64,000 bases of DNA from the NCBI GenBank assembly GCA_045645405.1, contig JAZRIQ010000004.1, forward strand, positions 93,372 through 157,371. Reading direction: 5' to 3'. The stretch is from Eubacteriales bacterium (GTDB lineage Bacteria; Bacillota; Clostridia; Oscillospirales; CAG-272). The position numbers and the translations under genes were made by a program. Under the pieces are notes generated by a model, which saw nothing but the letters and a program-made list of their open reading frames with translations, made no database searches and had not been told where the DNA came from. Positions 9,793 through 19,678 of this stretch are shown here, piece by piece. Every line of letters begins with the position of its first letter. Position 1 is the first letter of the stretch.

Positions 9793-11136
9793 TTATTTTT
9801 TAATTCTGTCATTTAATTCTTTTGCTAAATCCTCGTATCCTTCTTTACCGAGCAAAGCAAACATATTCTTTTTATAACTTTCAACACCGGGTTGATTGAA
9901 AGGATTTACTCCTAAAGTATAACCGGAGATTGCACAAGCTAATTCAAAGAAATAAACTAAATATCCGAAAGAATATTCGCTTCTGTCTTTAATTTCAATT
10001 ACAATGTTTGGCACATTACCGTCAGAGTGTGCAAATAAAGTACCAAGCATAGCAGTATGATTTACGTAATCTAAATCCTTACCTGCCAAAAAATTAAGGT
10101 TATCAACGTTATAAGGATCGTTTGGTATAAGAAGCTCATCATTTGAATTCTTAATATCAAGAACCGTTTCAAACATTATTCTTGAGCCGTCTTGTATAAA
10201 TTGACCTAATGAGTGAAGGTCGGTTGAAAAAATTACCGAGCTTGGGAAAATTCCTTTATTATCTTTTCCTTCACTTTCGCCAAATAACTGTTTCCACCAC
10301 TCACAGAGCATCTGTGCAGCAGGCTCATAAGCGGCCAAAATTTCAACATTTTTATTTTTGCGATAAAGTGAATTACGGATAGCGACATATTTTAAGCAAT
10401 CGTTTGTATCAATGTCCTGAACAGAATACGCATTTCTTGCATCTTGAGCGCCTTTCATCATAGCATCAATATCAATTCCGGCAACTGCAATTGGCAAAAG
10501 ACCAACAGCTGTAAGAACCGAGAATCTGCCACCAACGTCATCAGGTACAACAAAGGTTTCATATCCGTTTTCATCAGAAAACTTTTTAAGAGTACCCTTT
10601 TCTTTATCGGTTGTTGAAAAAATTCTTTCTTTTGCGCCTTCTTTTCCGTATTTTTCTTCAAGAAGGTTTCTGAAAACTCTAAACGCAATTGCAGGCTCAG
10701 TTGTGGTACCGGATTTTGATACAACGTTTATACAAATATCCTTACCTTCACATATCTTTAATAAATCTGATAATGCTGATGCGCTAATAGAATTACCTGC
10801 AAAGTAAATGTCCGGTGTCTTTTTATTCGGCAAATTATTATATACAGGGGATTTAACAAATTCAATCGCAGCCCTTGCACCCAAATATGAGCCGCCAATA
10901 CCGATTACGATAAAAACGTCGCAAGAGGACTGTATTTTTTTTGCAGCAATTTTGATTCTCTCAAATTCTTCCTTATCATAATCTTGAGGAAGGTCAATCC
11001 AGCCAAGAAAATCATTGCCTTCTCCGCTACGTGCATTGAGTACGTTTTGCGCGTTATAAACCTCGTTGGATATATTTTTTAATTCCTCATTTGAAATTAA
11101 ATTGCCGAGAAATTTCGTATTTAGGGATAGTGTCAT
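9793..11136 (-). CDS. pgi: Glucose-6-phosphate isomerase
   Basis: [53 protein letters not shown]. Confidence 0.97.
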   Translation of the reverse strand: MTLSLNTKFLGNLISNEELKNISNEVYNAQNVLNARSGEGNDFLGWIDLPQDYDKEEFERIKIAAKKIQSSCDVFIVIGIGGSYLGARAAIEFVKSPVYNNLPNKKTPDIYFAGNSISASALSDLLKICEGKDICINVVSKSGTTTEPAIAFRVFRNLLEEKYGKEGAKERIFSTTDKEKGTLKKFSDENGYETFVVPDDVGGRFSVLTAVGLLPIAVAGIDIDAMMKGAQDARNAYSVQDIDTNDCLKYVAIRNSLYRKNKNVEILAAYEPAAQMLCEWWKQLFGESEGKDNKGIFPSSVIFSTDLHSLGQFIQDGSRIMFETVLDIKNSNDELLIPNDPYNVDNLNFLAGKDLDYVNHTAMLGTLFAHSDGNVPNIVIEIKDRSEYSFGYLVYFFELACAISGYTLGVNPFNQPGVESYKKNMFALLGKEGYEDLAKELNDRIKK

Positions 11137-11212
11137 AATTTTAACCTCTCATATTATTATACTCATTATAATACAACATCTATCGCTAAATTTCAACACT
11201 TTTTTGTAAATT

Positions 11213-12364
11213 TTATTTATTTAGCGTAAAATTATTTAACACCCTAAACAAAAAATTTAAAAATGAAATTTTATCAGCATTTTCGATACAGTATATATCA
11301 CTGCTTCCAATATTTTCTCCCTCTAAAAAATAATTTATTTTTCCAATAACGTCTCCTTTTTTTATTGGTGCTTTAATATTTTTTGGTAATACCGTCTCAT
11401 AGGTTATATTATTTTCGGTTCCTTTACTAACTAAAGAAGAATAATATTCAGATTCAATTGCAACTGAATTTTTTTCTCCGCCAATTAGCTTAATATTTGG
11501 TAAATTTTCGCACCTATTTTCATAAATTGCATAATTGGCAAAGCCGTAGTCTAAAAGTTTTGCAGCAGATGCGTTACGCACATCTGAGCTATCTGCGCCC
11601 ATTATTACCGCTATAAGCTCTAAATTATCCCTTTTAGCAGTAGCACTTATGCAGAATCCCGCTTTATCTGTTGAACCGGTTTTTAAGCCTGTAATTCCTC
11701 TGTAAAATCTTACCAGCCTGTTAGTATTAGTTAAACCGAATTCTCCGTTTCTGATTGTATCCATCCATATAGTAGCATATTCGCTTACTTTTTTATGTTT
11801 TATTAACTCACGAGACATAAGCGCTATATCATAAGCTGTGGTAAGATGATCAGTAACACTATCATCAAGTCCTGTAACATTTTCAAAATGTGTATTTTTC
11901 ATATTTAATTCTTGAGCGCGCTTGTTCATAGCATTTACAAACGACTCTTCGCTACCGGCAATATGCTCTGCTAAAGTTAAAGCAGCATCATTTGCAGAAG
12001 CAATAATAACACACTTTAAGAGTTCTTCCACTGACATAAGCTCTCCCGGCTCCAAATACACCTGTGAGCCTCCCATAGATGCAGCGTGTTCGCTAACCGA
12101 TAATATTTCCTCATACTTTAATTTTCCGCTTTCTATTGCTTCAAATACCAGAAGTAAAGTCATAATTTTTGTCACTGATGCTGGAGGTAACTTAGCATCT
12201 TTGTTCAAACTATAAAGTACAGTTCCTGTATTTGCATCAATCAAAACCGCACTTTTTGCATTTATATCAATTTGTGGCTGTTCAACTGGTGATGCGCCAA
12301 AAATATGAGGCGATAAAGTAAAGAAAAATACAAAAATTAAGATCAAAGATAATATTTTTTTCAT
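11213..12364 (-). CDS. dacF: D-alanyl-D-alanine carboxypeptidase (peptidase S11, DacF-like)
   Basis: PASVTK (SxxK), MGGSQVYLEPGE, SAND (SxN), KTG motifs; signal peptide; PBP5-type C-terminus. Confidence 0.85.
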   Translation of the reverse strand: MKKILSLILIFVFFFTLSPHIFGASPVEQPQIDINAKSAVLIDANTGTVLYSLNKDAKLPPASVTKIMTLLLVFEAIESGKLKYEEILSVSEHAASMGGSQVYLEPGELMSVEELLKCVIIASANDAALTLAEHIAGSEESFVNAMNKRAQELNMKNTHFENVTGLDDSVTDHLTTAYDIALMSRELIKHKKVSEYATIWMDTIRNGEFGLTNTNRLVRFYRGITGLKTGSTDKAGFCISATAKRDNLELIAVIMGADSSDVRNASAAKLLDYGFANYAIYENRCENLPNIKLIGGEKNSVAIESEYYSSLVSKGTENNITYETVLPKNIKAPIKKGDVIGKINYFLEGENIGSSDIYCIENADKISFLNFLFRVLNNFTLNK

Positions 12365-12373
12365 AAAAACCTC

Positions 12374-12895
12374 TCAATTCAAAAAAATAAACGCTAAACA
12401 AATATAAAAATTATAGAATAGCCACAATAAATGCAAACAAAGGCAAATTGTCCATAGTGAGTAAATTTTAAAGCAATCAAAAATTGCCAGCAAACAAAAC
12501 AGTATAGCTATTAAAATAGATAACAATGCGACAAACGGTGCTGTGGCTCTGAAAAATAAAGCATGAATTACATAAGAAAAAAGTTGCATTATAATTATGT
12601 ACAATATAATTTTATAAACCTTATGTCTTCTGAATTTTTCACATCCAAATAATACTCCCCCTAAAGTTCCTCCGCAAAATAAAAAAGATATCCCCCATAG
12701 CATATACATAAATCCTAAGTTCAGGGCAGCTTTGGGATATATGTAAAGAATAATCATTTTGTTTGTTTCTCCACTTGCAATCCAACTGATTATTCCTAAA
12801 ATAAAAAACAACAGAGAAAATATAAGTATACATTTAAATTTAATCTTGCGAATTTCATAAGTTATTCTATCGAAAAAGCATAAAATTTTTTTCAA
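12374..12895 (-). CDS. TspO/MBR-like 5-TM membrane protein (divergent)
   Basis: Five hydrophobic segments; QL...FF and C-terminal W..Y....I.LN pattern resembling TspO; TTG start after GAGGTG. Confidence 0.55.
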   Translation of the reverse strand: MKKILCFFDRITYEIRKIKFKCILIFSLLFFILGIISWIASGETNKMIILYIYPKAALNLGFMYMLWGISFLFCGGTLGGVLFGCEKFRRHKVYKIILYIIIMQLFSYVIHALFFRATAPFVALLSILIAILFCLLAIFDCFKIYSLWTICLCLHLLWLFYNFYICLAFIFLN

Positions 12896-12930
12896 AAAAT
12901 CACCTCATAAATAACTTATGAGGTGATTTT
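12896..12930 (-). terminator. 15-bp perfect hairpin after the PBP1A gene that contains the SD of the next gene
   Basis: AAAATCACCTCATAA-ataac-TTATGAGGTGATTTT. Confidence 0.7.
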
Positions 12931-12934
12931 AAAT

Positions 12935-15154
12935 TTAATTCTTTTTTCTTCTGTTTTCAATAAAATAGTCACTGTCCAAAACTATTATATCATCAAACAA
13001 GTTCAAACGTACATAATCTAAAAGAGAAACAGTTCTTCTTCGGTAAGAAGGGGTTGAAAAATCTGCAATTAAGCCATCTTCAATATCTATTGTGACTTTT
13101 TTGTGTAAATTACATTTTTCTTTTGGCTCGGTACCGATTTTAAAATATCCATTTTCTACCCTAGATCCTCGCAAATCATTTTTACAATCATCACAAGGCA
13201 ATAAACCACTATCTGAACAAAACTCGCTTATAATTATATCGTTTGGTAATTCAAATGTTTCAAACTCCTTGTTAACGTATATTTTATTCATAATTTGATC
13301 AAACAGTAAACACGATGGGTTTACACTATAGTTAATCGGCTTTGGGATATCGTATCCGCACCATACGCCACATACGTAGCTTGGTGAGTATCCAATAAAC
13401 CATCTATCCTTCAAATCGCTCGATGTTCCTGTCTTTCCTGCTATACTGGTTTTGTTTTTTACTGTTAAATATTTCGCTGTACCGTTATTTACTACACCTT
13501 CTAATAACTTTGTCATTATTGCCGATGTATTGTCGTTTAAAATTTTTTCGTGTTCATTTTTATTTTCTAATAGCAAGTTTCCGTAATTATCCGTAACGTA
13601 AAGATAAGTTTTAGGCTTGGAAATAAACCCATTATTATCAAAAGCAGTATATGCATTTGTTATATTCAAAAGCGATTCTCCGTTCGTTAACTGTCCTAAA
13701 GCTAACGGAGATGCAGACAAATCCTTTTCCTTATCTAAATCAAGCTTGAATTTTTTTGTTAAATATTCATACGAAGTATTTATTCCTAAATCATTTAAAG
13801 CTTTTACTGCAACGGTATTCGTTGAATGTTCAATAGCATACGAAATCGGCATCAAGCCTTTATATTTGTTTGGAGAATTTTTTGGCCAATATCCCCCATT
13901 TAATACTTTAAGCGGTACATCATCATATATGGAAGAATATGAAATTACGTTTTCTTCGATTCCAGGAGCATATATTGACAATGGTTTTATAACAGAACCG
14001 GGGGCTCTTTTAGCTTGGGTTGCTCTATTGAATATTCTGTTTCCGTCTTTTTTTCCTATACCTCCTACAACCGCAAGAACGTCAGATGTCTTAGGATCTA
14101 TTACAACACAGGAGGCTTGTGGATAAGTTCCATCATTATTTGGTGGTATATATGCTTTATAATTTTCAAAAATATTATCAGCAATATTTTGAATTTTAGG
14201 ATCAATAGTTGAATATATATTTAAACCACCCTTTAGTATCATCATTTTAGATGTTTTTTCAGAAACATTATATTTTTTAGAAATGTCATTTATTACGTCA
14301 TTCAGCAGAGCTTCAGTAAACCATGAGTAAGTACCGGTACTATTTTCTGATTCTATGTTTTCGTTAATTACCAGCTTCGTATTTATCGCTGTATCGTACT
14401 CGTTTTGATTTATCATTCCCTGTACTAACATTTGGTTTAAAATTACGTTACTTCTTTTTTCATTATTTTCCATATTTTTATAAGGATCGTATTTTGTAGG
14501 GTTTTGCACGATGGAAGCTAATGCAACGCATTCCTTAAGACTTAATTCGGTTACATTTTTTCCGAAGTATAATTCCGAGGCACTACCTACTCCGTAACAG
14601 TTTTCGCTTAAATAAACTATATTTAGGTAAGTTTCAAGTATTTCGTTTTTGCTTAAATTCTTTTCTAAATTGATTGCTCTGAAAATTTCTTCTAATTTTC
14701 TTTTAGCAGATATCATATTATCACCGGTTAAATTTTTAATTACCTGTTGCGTAATAGTTGAGCCTCCAAAGCTTTTTTTGCTAGTCTTAAAAAAATAGTT
14801 ACCTACTGCTTTAAAAGTTCTTATCCAATCTACTCCGTTATGTTTATAAAATCTTTTGTCTTCTATAGCAATAAATGCATTTTTTAAATTGTTTGGTATA
14901 TCATAGATAGATTTCCACTCACTTCTCTGTAAAAACAACGCTTCATCTTTTAGTTCAACAGCCTTGCCGACTCTGTTTACTCTATCTTCAAAATCAAAAT
15001 AAAATATTTTTGTAATAGACGAACTTCCTGCTCTTATTAAAGATAAATCAATCTCTTTTTCAATATTAAAATGTACGTACAGTAAGAATGATACAGCAAA
15101 AATAAGAATAAATACAAAAAATATTATAAAAATTCGTTTTTTTATTTTTTTCAT
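12935..15154 (-). CDS. Class A penicillin-binding protein (transglycosylase/transpeptidase, PBP1A family)
   Basis: AIEDKRFYKHNGVD, GGSTITQQVIKN, RKLEE transglycosylase motifs; SVIK, STN and KTGT transpeptidase motifs; N-terminal TM. Confidence 0.93.
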   Translation of the reverse strand: MKKIKKRIFIIFFVFILIFAVSFLLYVHFNIEKEIDLSLIRAGSSSITKIFYFDFEDRVNRVGKAVELKDEALFLQRSEWKSIYDIPNNLKNAFIAIEDKRFYKHNGVDWIRTFKAVGNYFFKTSKKSFGGSTITQQVIKNLTGDNMISAKRKLEEIFRAINLEKNLSKNEILETYLNIVYLSENCYGVGSASELYFGKNVTELSLKECVALASIVQNPTKYDPYKNMENNEKRSNVILNQMLVQGMINQNEYDTAINTKLVINENIESENSTGTYSWFTEALLNDVINDISKKYNVSEKTSKMMILKGGLNIYSTIDPKIQNIADNIFENYKAYIPPNNDGTYPQASCVVIDPKTSDVLAVVGGIGKKDGNRIFNRATQAKRAPGSVIKPLSIYAPGIEENVISYSSIYDDVPLKVLNGGYWPKNSPNKYKGLMPISYAIEHSTNTVAVKALNDLGINTSYEYLTKKFKLDLDKEKDLSASPLALGQLTNGESLLNITNAYTAFDNNGFISKPKTYLYVTDNYGNLLLENKNEHEKILNDNTSAIMTKLLEGVVNNGTAKYLTVKNKTSIAGKTGTSSDLKDRWFIGYSPSYVCGVWCGYDIPKPINYSVNPSCLLFDQIMNKIYVNKEFETFELPNDIIISEFCSDSGLLPCDDCKNDLRGSRVENGYFKIGTEPKEKCNLHKKVTIDIEDGLIADFSTPSYRRRTVSLLDYVRLNLFDDIIVLDSDYFIENRRKKN

Positions 15155-15234
15155 AATATATTTCACCTCATTATGAATATATTTTTATTATTCGCTCGAT
15201 AATAAATCATATTCTAATAAAGGAACTTTAAAAT

Positions 15235-15624
15235 ATGGAACAAAAAAATCAAGAAAATGTTTTAATGGAAAAAAAGATTTTTATTTTTGCGCTATTCTTG
15301 TTAGCAGCACTAATTACTTCATCTGTTTTTTTATCATATTTCCTTTTAAACAATAAAATTGTAGAAATGAACAACAAAGATATTTCGTCAAACATTGATA
15401 TTCCTGTATATGAAAATATTGATAAAGAGCCTGCAAAAGAAACAAAAATTTATATGCTGAAAGAATATAACGGAAAAATCGGAGTGTATGAAAATGAGGC
15501 GCTGGTGTACACATTAGATACTTATGTGTTTACGCTTCCGGACGCAGACAAACAATTATTAAAGCGCGGTATAATTACAGCTGATGAAGCAGAATTATAC
15601 GAATTGATAGAATCCTACTATTGA
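15235..15624 (+). CDS. BofC C-terminal-domain-like membrane-anchored protein
   Basis: N-terminal TM; YMLKEYNGKIGVY...LPDADKQLLKRGI...LIESY pattern typical of BofC_C; sigmaG-like promoter upstream. Confidence 0.7.
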   Translation: MEQKNQENVLMEKKIFIFALFLLAALITSSVFLSYFLLNNKIVEMNNKDISSNIDIPVYENIDKEPAKETKIYMLKEYNGKIGVYENEALVYTLDTYVFTLPDADKQLLKRGIITADEAELYELIESYY

Positions 15625-15627
15625 ATT

Positions 15628-15658
15628 ATCCCCATACAATAATGTATTGTATGGGGAT
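15628..15658 (+). terminator. Intrinsic terminator
   Basis: ATCCCCATACAATA-atg-TATTGTATGGGGAT 14-bp stem. Confidence 0.75.
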
Positions 15659-15702
15659 ATTACGTTTATAAAAGAAAATATAGAAAAAATATCAAAATAC
15701 TA

Positions 15703-15752
15703 TTGACAAATCAAGTTCGATCTGCTATACTTGTAAAGTAATTTAGTTTACA
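15703..15752 (+). promoter_or_regulatory. sigmaA promoter of ylxM-ffh with a palindrome at the predicted start site
   Basis: TTGACA-N17-TATACT with TG extension; TGTAAA-N9-TTTACA at 15732-15752. Confidence 0.7.
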
Positions 15753-15772
15753 CAAGTTTGGAGGCGATTTTA

Positions 15773-16129
15773 ATGTTTGAAAAAAACCTTAACATTTCTC
15801 TTTTGCTTGATTTTTACGGCGATATACTTACAGAGCGTCAAAGCGATATGCTTGATATGTATTACAATGAAGATTTCTCTCTTGCTGAAATAGCTGAAAG
15901 GTTTGAAATTTCGCGTCAAGGTGTCAGAAGCGTACTAAAAAAAGGCGAAACGATACTGAAAGATATGGAAGAAAAGCTTCATTTAGCCTCTCGATTTTCA
16001 AAAATGCTGGAAAAATCCGCACTAATTGCCAATGAACTTGAAAATATTAATCAAAATATAAACAATAATGATATTTCTTCTAAGATACACTCTTTGATTG
16101 GACAAATTAAAGAGATGGCAGAATATTAA
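15773..16129 (+). CDS. ylxM: YlxM/UPF0122 SRP-associated DNA-binding protein
   Basis: LLDFYGDILTERQ...YYNEDFSLAEIAE...ISRQGV; canonical position before ffh. Confidence 0.93.
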   Translation: MFEKNLNISLLLDFYGDILTERQSDMLDMYYNEDFSLAEIAERFEISRQGVRSVLKKGETILKDMEEKLHLASRFSKMLEKSALIANELENINQNINNNDISSKIHSLIGQIKEMAEY

Positions 16130-16146
16130 AAAAGGAGGTATCTTTT

Positions 16147-17487
16147 ATGTCTATGTTTGGAGGATTGACAGAAAAATTAAACAATGCTTTTAAAAAATTT
16201 AGAAGCAAAGGAAAATTAACTGCTGCAGATGTAAAGGAAGGCATGCGTGAAATAAAGCTTGCTTTACTTGAAGCAGACGTAAACTTCAAGGTAGTTCGTG
16301 ATTTCATAAAAACCGTTACCGAAAGAGCCGTAGGCTCAGAGGTGCTTGAAAGCTTGCTTCCGGGTCAACAAATTGTAAAGATTGTTAACGACGAGCTTAT
16401 AAATTTAATGGGAAAAACTCAAGCAAAATTAGAGATTTCTTCCCGTCCGCCAACAGTTGTTATGATGGTCGGCTTGCAAGGTGCAGGTAAAACTACTCAC
16501 TCTGGTAAAATAGCAGGTTTATATAAAAAACAAGGTAAAAACCCACTGCTTGTTGCGTGCGACGTTTACCGTCCTGCTGCTATTAAACAGCTACAAATTG
16601 TTGGTGAAAAGCTTTCTATTCCTGTTTACGCTGAAGAAAAATCAAAAAATCCAGTTTCAATTGCTAAAAATGCTATTGAGTATGCTAAAAAGAACGGATT
16701 TGATATGGTTTTTGTTGATACTGCAGGTCGTTTACACGTTGACGAGGTTCTAATGAAAGAGCTTCAAGATATCAAAAAGTACATTGAGCCAACCGAAATA
16801 CTTTTGGTTGTAGATGCAATGCTTGGTCAAGATGCAGTAAACGTGGCTGAATCTTTCAATGATTTGCTTGACATTACGGGAGTAGTTCTTACAAAGCTTG
16901 ACGGCGATACTCGTGGTGGTGCAGCACTATCTGTAAGATATGTTACAGGAAAACCGATTAAATTTGTTGGTACAGGAGAAAAGCTTGATACTATTGAGCC
17001 GTTTTATCCTGACAGAATGGCATCACGTATTCTTGGTATGGGTGATATTCTCTCTTTAATTGAAAAAGCTGAGGAAAATTTTGACAAGAAAAAGGCTGAA
17101 GAGCTTGAAAAGAAGATGAAGGAAAACACCTTCACCTTAACCGATTATCTTGAACAGTTAGCACAGCTTAAAAAAATGGGTTCTCTTGAAAGCGTTTTGG
17201 CTATGATGCCCGGCGCAGGCAACTTGAAGGATGTTCAAATTGATGAGAAAACGCTTATGCATACTGAAGCAATTATACTTTCGATGACACCGAAAGAACG
17301 AGAAAATCCAAACGTTATTGATTCTTCACGAAAAAAGCGTATTGCAAAAGGTAGTGGTACCTCCGTTGAGGAAATCAATAAGCTTTTAAAACAGTTTGAA
17401 CAGATGAAAAAACTAATGAAGCAAATGTCCTCCGGTAAGTTTAAGGGCTTTGGTGGATTTGGTAAAAAGATGAAAATGCCTTTTTAA
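16147..17487 (+). CDS. ffh: Signal recognition particle protein Ffh
   Basis: LLEADVN, GLQGAGKTT, DTAGRL, TKLDGDTRGGAALS, M-domain SMTPKER. Confidence 0.98.
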   Translation: MSMFGGLTEKLNNAFKKFRSKGKLTAADVKEGMREIKLALLEADVNFKVVRDFIKTVTERAVGSEVLESLLPGQQIVKIVNDELINLMGKTQAKLEISSRPPTVVMMVGLQGAGKTTHSGKIAGLYKKQGKNPLLVACDVYRPAAIKQLQIVGEKLSIPVYAEEKSKNPVSIAKNAIEYAKKNGFDMVFVDTAGRLHVDEVLMKELQDIKKYIEPTEILLVVDAMLGQDAVNVAESFNDLLDITGVVLTKLDGDTRGGAALSVRYVTGKPIKFVGTGEKLDTIEPFYPDRMASRILGMGDILSLIEKAEENFDKKKAEELEKKMKENTFTLTDYLEQLAQLKKMGSLESVLAMMPGAGNLKDVQIDEKTLMHTEAIILSMTPKERENPNVIDSSRKKRIAKGSGTSVEEINKLLKQFEQMKKLMKQMSSGKFKGFGGFGKKMKMPF

Positions 17488-17540
17488 TGGCTTTTTATAA
17501 ATAATAACTTTTATAATAATTTTTTTGGAGGAAAACAAAA

Positions 17541-17786
17541 ATGGCAGTTAAAATCAGACTTAGAAGAATGGGCGCAAAGAAGGCTCCTTTCTACCGCGTA
17601 ATCGTTGCAGATGAAAGATCACCAAGAGATGGTAAGTTTATCGATGAAATCGGTTACTACAATCCACTTACAAATCCAGCTGATGTTAAAATTGACGCTG
17701 AAAAGGCTCAGAAATGGATTGAAAACGGTGCTCAACCAACTGAAACAGTAAAGTCACTTCTTAAGAAAAACGGCATCGTAAAGTAA
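17541..17786 (+). CDS. rpsP: 30S ribosomal protein S16
   Basis: [31 protein letters not shown]. Confidence 0.98.
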   Translation: MAVKIRLRRMGAKKAPFYRVIVADERSPRDGKFIDEIGYYNPLTNPADVKIDAEKAQKWIENGAQPTETVKSLLKKNGIVK

Positions 17787-17839
17787 TCAATAAATACTAA
17801 AAGAAAGGTGATTATTTACGAATAATCAAGGTGTGCAGA

Positions 17840-18076
17840 ATGATTGATCTTAGCACAGTCCTTGCAAATATTGCTAAATCTATCGTTGACCATCCCGAAC
17901 AGGTAGTTGTTACCGAGCAAGCGGAAGGCAATGAAGTACTTATGACTCTTAGCGTTGCCGAAGAAGATATGGGAATGATAATTGGAAAACGAGGCAAAAT
18001 TGCCAAGGCAATCCGTACAGTAATGAGAACTATCTCAAAGCTTGATGATAGAAAGGTTACTGTTGAAATCAAATAA
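17840..18076 (+). CDS. khpA: KH-domain RNA-binding protein KhpA (YlqC)
   Basis: DMGMIIGKRGKIAKAIRTV KH GxxG motif; follows rpsP. Confidence 0.92.
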   Translation: MIDLSTVLANIAKSIVDHPEQVVVTEQAEGNEVLMTLSVAEEDMGMIIGKRGKIAKAIRTVMRTISKLDDRKVTVEIK

Positions 18077-18108
18077 TCAAAAGTCTTCTCTATTTTTTAG
18101 TAAGACGG

Positions 18109-18138
18109 AAAAACCCCTGCCAAAAGGCAGGGGTTTTT
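18109..18138 (+). terminator. Intrinsic terminator
   Basis: AAAAACCCCTGCC-aaaa-GGCAGGGGTTTTT. Confidence 0.85.
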
Positions 18139-18199
18139 GTTGACTTTTTTTAGTATTTGTATTATAATCTAAATGAAAATATTCTAAGGAGAAAAAATA

Positions 18200-19150
18200 A
18201 TGCTTAAACCGATAAAATTAAATCCCGAATTCAAAGAAATAATTTGGGGAGGTAATAGATTAAAAAACGAATACAATAAAGCATCAAATCTTAATAATAT
18301 TGCTGAAAGCTGGGAATTAACAGTTCGCCCTGATGGAATGAATACAATTAACGGTGGTGAATTTGACAGGGTAACTATGGAAGAATATATTGAAAAGAAT
18401 AGTTTTTCGGTAGTTACAAATAAAGAAATGGATAGATTTCCTCTTTTAATCAAGTTTATTGATGCTGAGGATAACCTCTCTATTCAGGTACATCCTGACG
18501 ATGAATACGGAATGAAAACTGCAAACAGTCTTGGAAAAACTGAAATGTGGTATATTATTGATGCTAAACCAGGCTCAAAACTCGTTTATGGTTTAAAAGA
18601 AGGTTGTACAGTTGATATGCTCAAAGAGTCTATTGATAATGGCACTGTTGAAGAAATGCTTAACTATGTCCCTGTTAAAAAAGGCGATGTGTTCTTTATT
18701 CCATCTGGACTTGTTCATGCAATAGGCGCCGGTATTTTACTTGCCGAAATTCAACAAAACTCAAATATAACATACAGGGTTTATGACTATAATCGTGTTG
18801 GAAAAGACGGCAAACCAAGAGAATTACACGTAAACGATGCTTTAAATGTAATTGTTAATAGAAGTGAAAATGAAATTGATAAAATTAGATTTTCTACAAA
18901 CGTAAAAAATGATACTACATTAGCATCTTGCGAATACTTTACAGTTGATAAATACACTGTTAATGGCGAAATTATGCTAAATACAAATGAAAAGAGCTTT
19001 AACTCTGTTCTCTGCCTTGACGGTTGTGGAACGCTTGAATATAGCGGCGAAAACTTCTCTATTACCAAAGGCGATAGTTATTTTATCCCTGCAAATTTAG
19101 GCAAGTATACAATTAAAGGAAACGTTGAGATAATTGTTTCTAAAGTATAA
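18200..19150 (+). CDS. manA: Class I mannose-6-phosphate isomerase
   Basis: IWGG, AESWE, FPLLIKFIDA..NLSIQVHPDD, GKTEMWY, VHAIG, EIQQNSNITYRVYDY. Confidence 0.93.
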   Translation: MLKPIKLNPEFKEIIWGGNRLKNEYNKASNLNNIAESWELTVRPDGMNTINGGEFDRVTMEEYIEKNSFSVVTNKEMDRFPLLIKFIDAEDNLSIQVHPDDEYGMKTANSLGKTEMWYIIDAKPGSKLVYGLKEGCTVDMLKESIDNGTVEEMLNYVPVKKGDVFFIPSGLVHAIGAGILLAEIQQNSNITYRVYDYNRVGKDGKPRELHVNDALNVIVNRSENEIDKIRFSTNVKNDTTLASCEYFTVDKYTVNGEIMLNTNEKSFNSVLCLDGCGTLEYSGENFSITKGDSYFIPANLGKYTIKGNVEIIVSKV

Positions 19151-19156
19151 AAAATT

Positions 19157-19188
19157 ACTACCAAGATTTTTAGTCTTGGTAGTTTTTT
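19157..19188. terminator. Bidirectional terminator between manA and the convergent orphan array
   Basis: ACTACCAAGA/TCTTGGTAGT stem with A- and T-tracts. Confidence 0.75.
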
Positions 19189-19200
19189 ATATATTTGAAT

Positions 19201-19641
19201 TCATGAATAATCTTCTATTTTCTTCTTATAAAACTGTTTTATATATTTTGCTGTTTTTCTACTATATGAAATTTCGCCATTTACAAAGAACAGGCGCTTC
19301 TTGATTTGCGGATATGCTAATCTATAAGCTGGCATTGAACGATCAAACCACCAACTACCATGTTTTGATGCGATTCTTATATCAGACCAGTTAATTATTT
19401 CTTTAATGCCAAAGCAATATATAATTATAACACTTTTATCAGTAAAGATATAGTATATCGGCGAAATACATAAACAGAAAATGGGGACTAATGAAAAAAT
19501 ATAAAAAGCAGTAGCTAACCATATATCATTTTCCATTGCACAAGCGGTGCCAAATAAAATCATAATAATAAAGAATGGAATTATCACAATATAGTGTGAA
19601 TTTAATGCGAAATGTTTTTTGCTATTTTTGTTTTTGCTCAT
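19201..19641 (-). CDS. Hypothetical 2-TM membrane protein with a bacterial PH-like tail
   Basis: Two hydrophobic helices then YIFTDKSVIIIYCFGIKEIINWSDIR beta pattern; AAGGA SD before ATG 19641. Confidence 0.6.
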   Translation of the reverse strand: MSKNKNSKKHFALNSHYIVIIPFFIIMILFGTACAMENDIWLATAFYIFSLVPIFCLCISPIYYIFTDKSVIIIYCFGIKEIINWSDIRIASKHGSWWFDRSMPAYRLAYPQIKKRLFFVNGEISYSRKTAKYIKQFYKKKIEDYS

Positions 19642-19678
19642 TTTTTCTTCCTTTATCTTTTTGAAATTAACCATCATT

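Noticed and set aside
18077-18199. Absence of rimM-trmD after khpA
   Set aside because: A clean terminator follows khpA; relocation elsewhere in the genome is the simple explanation and cannot be assessed from this window.
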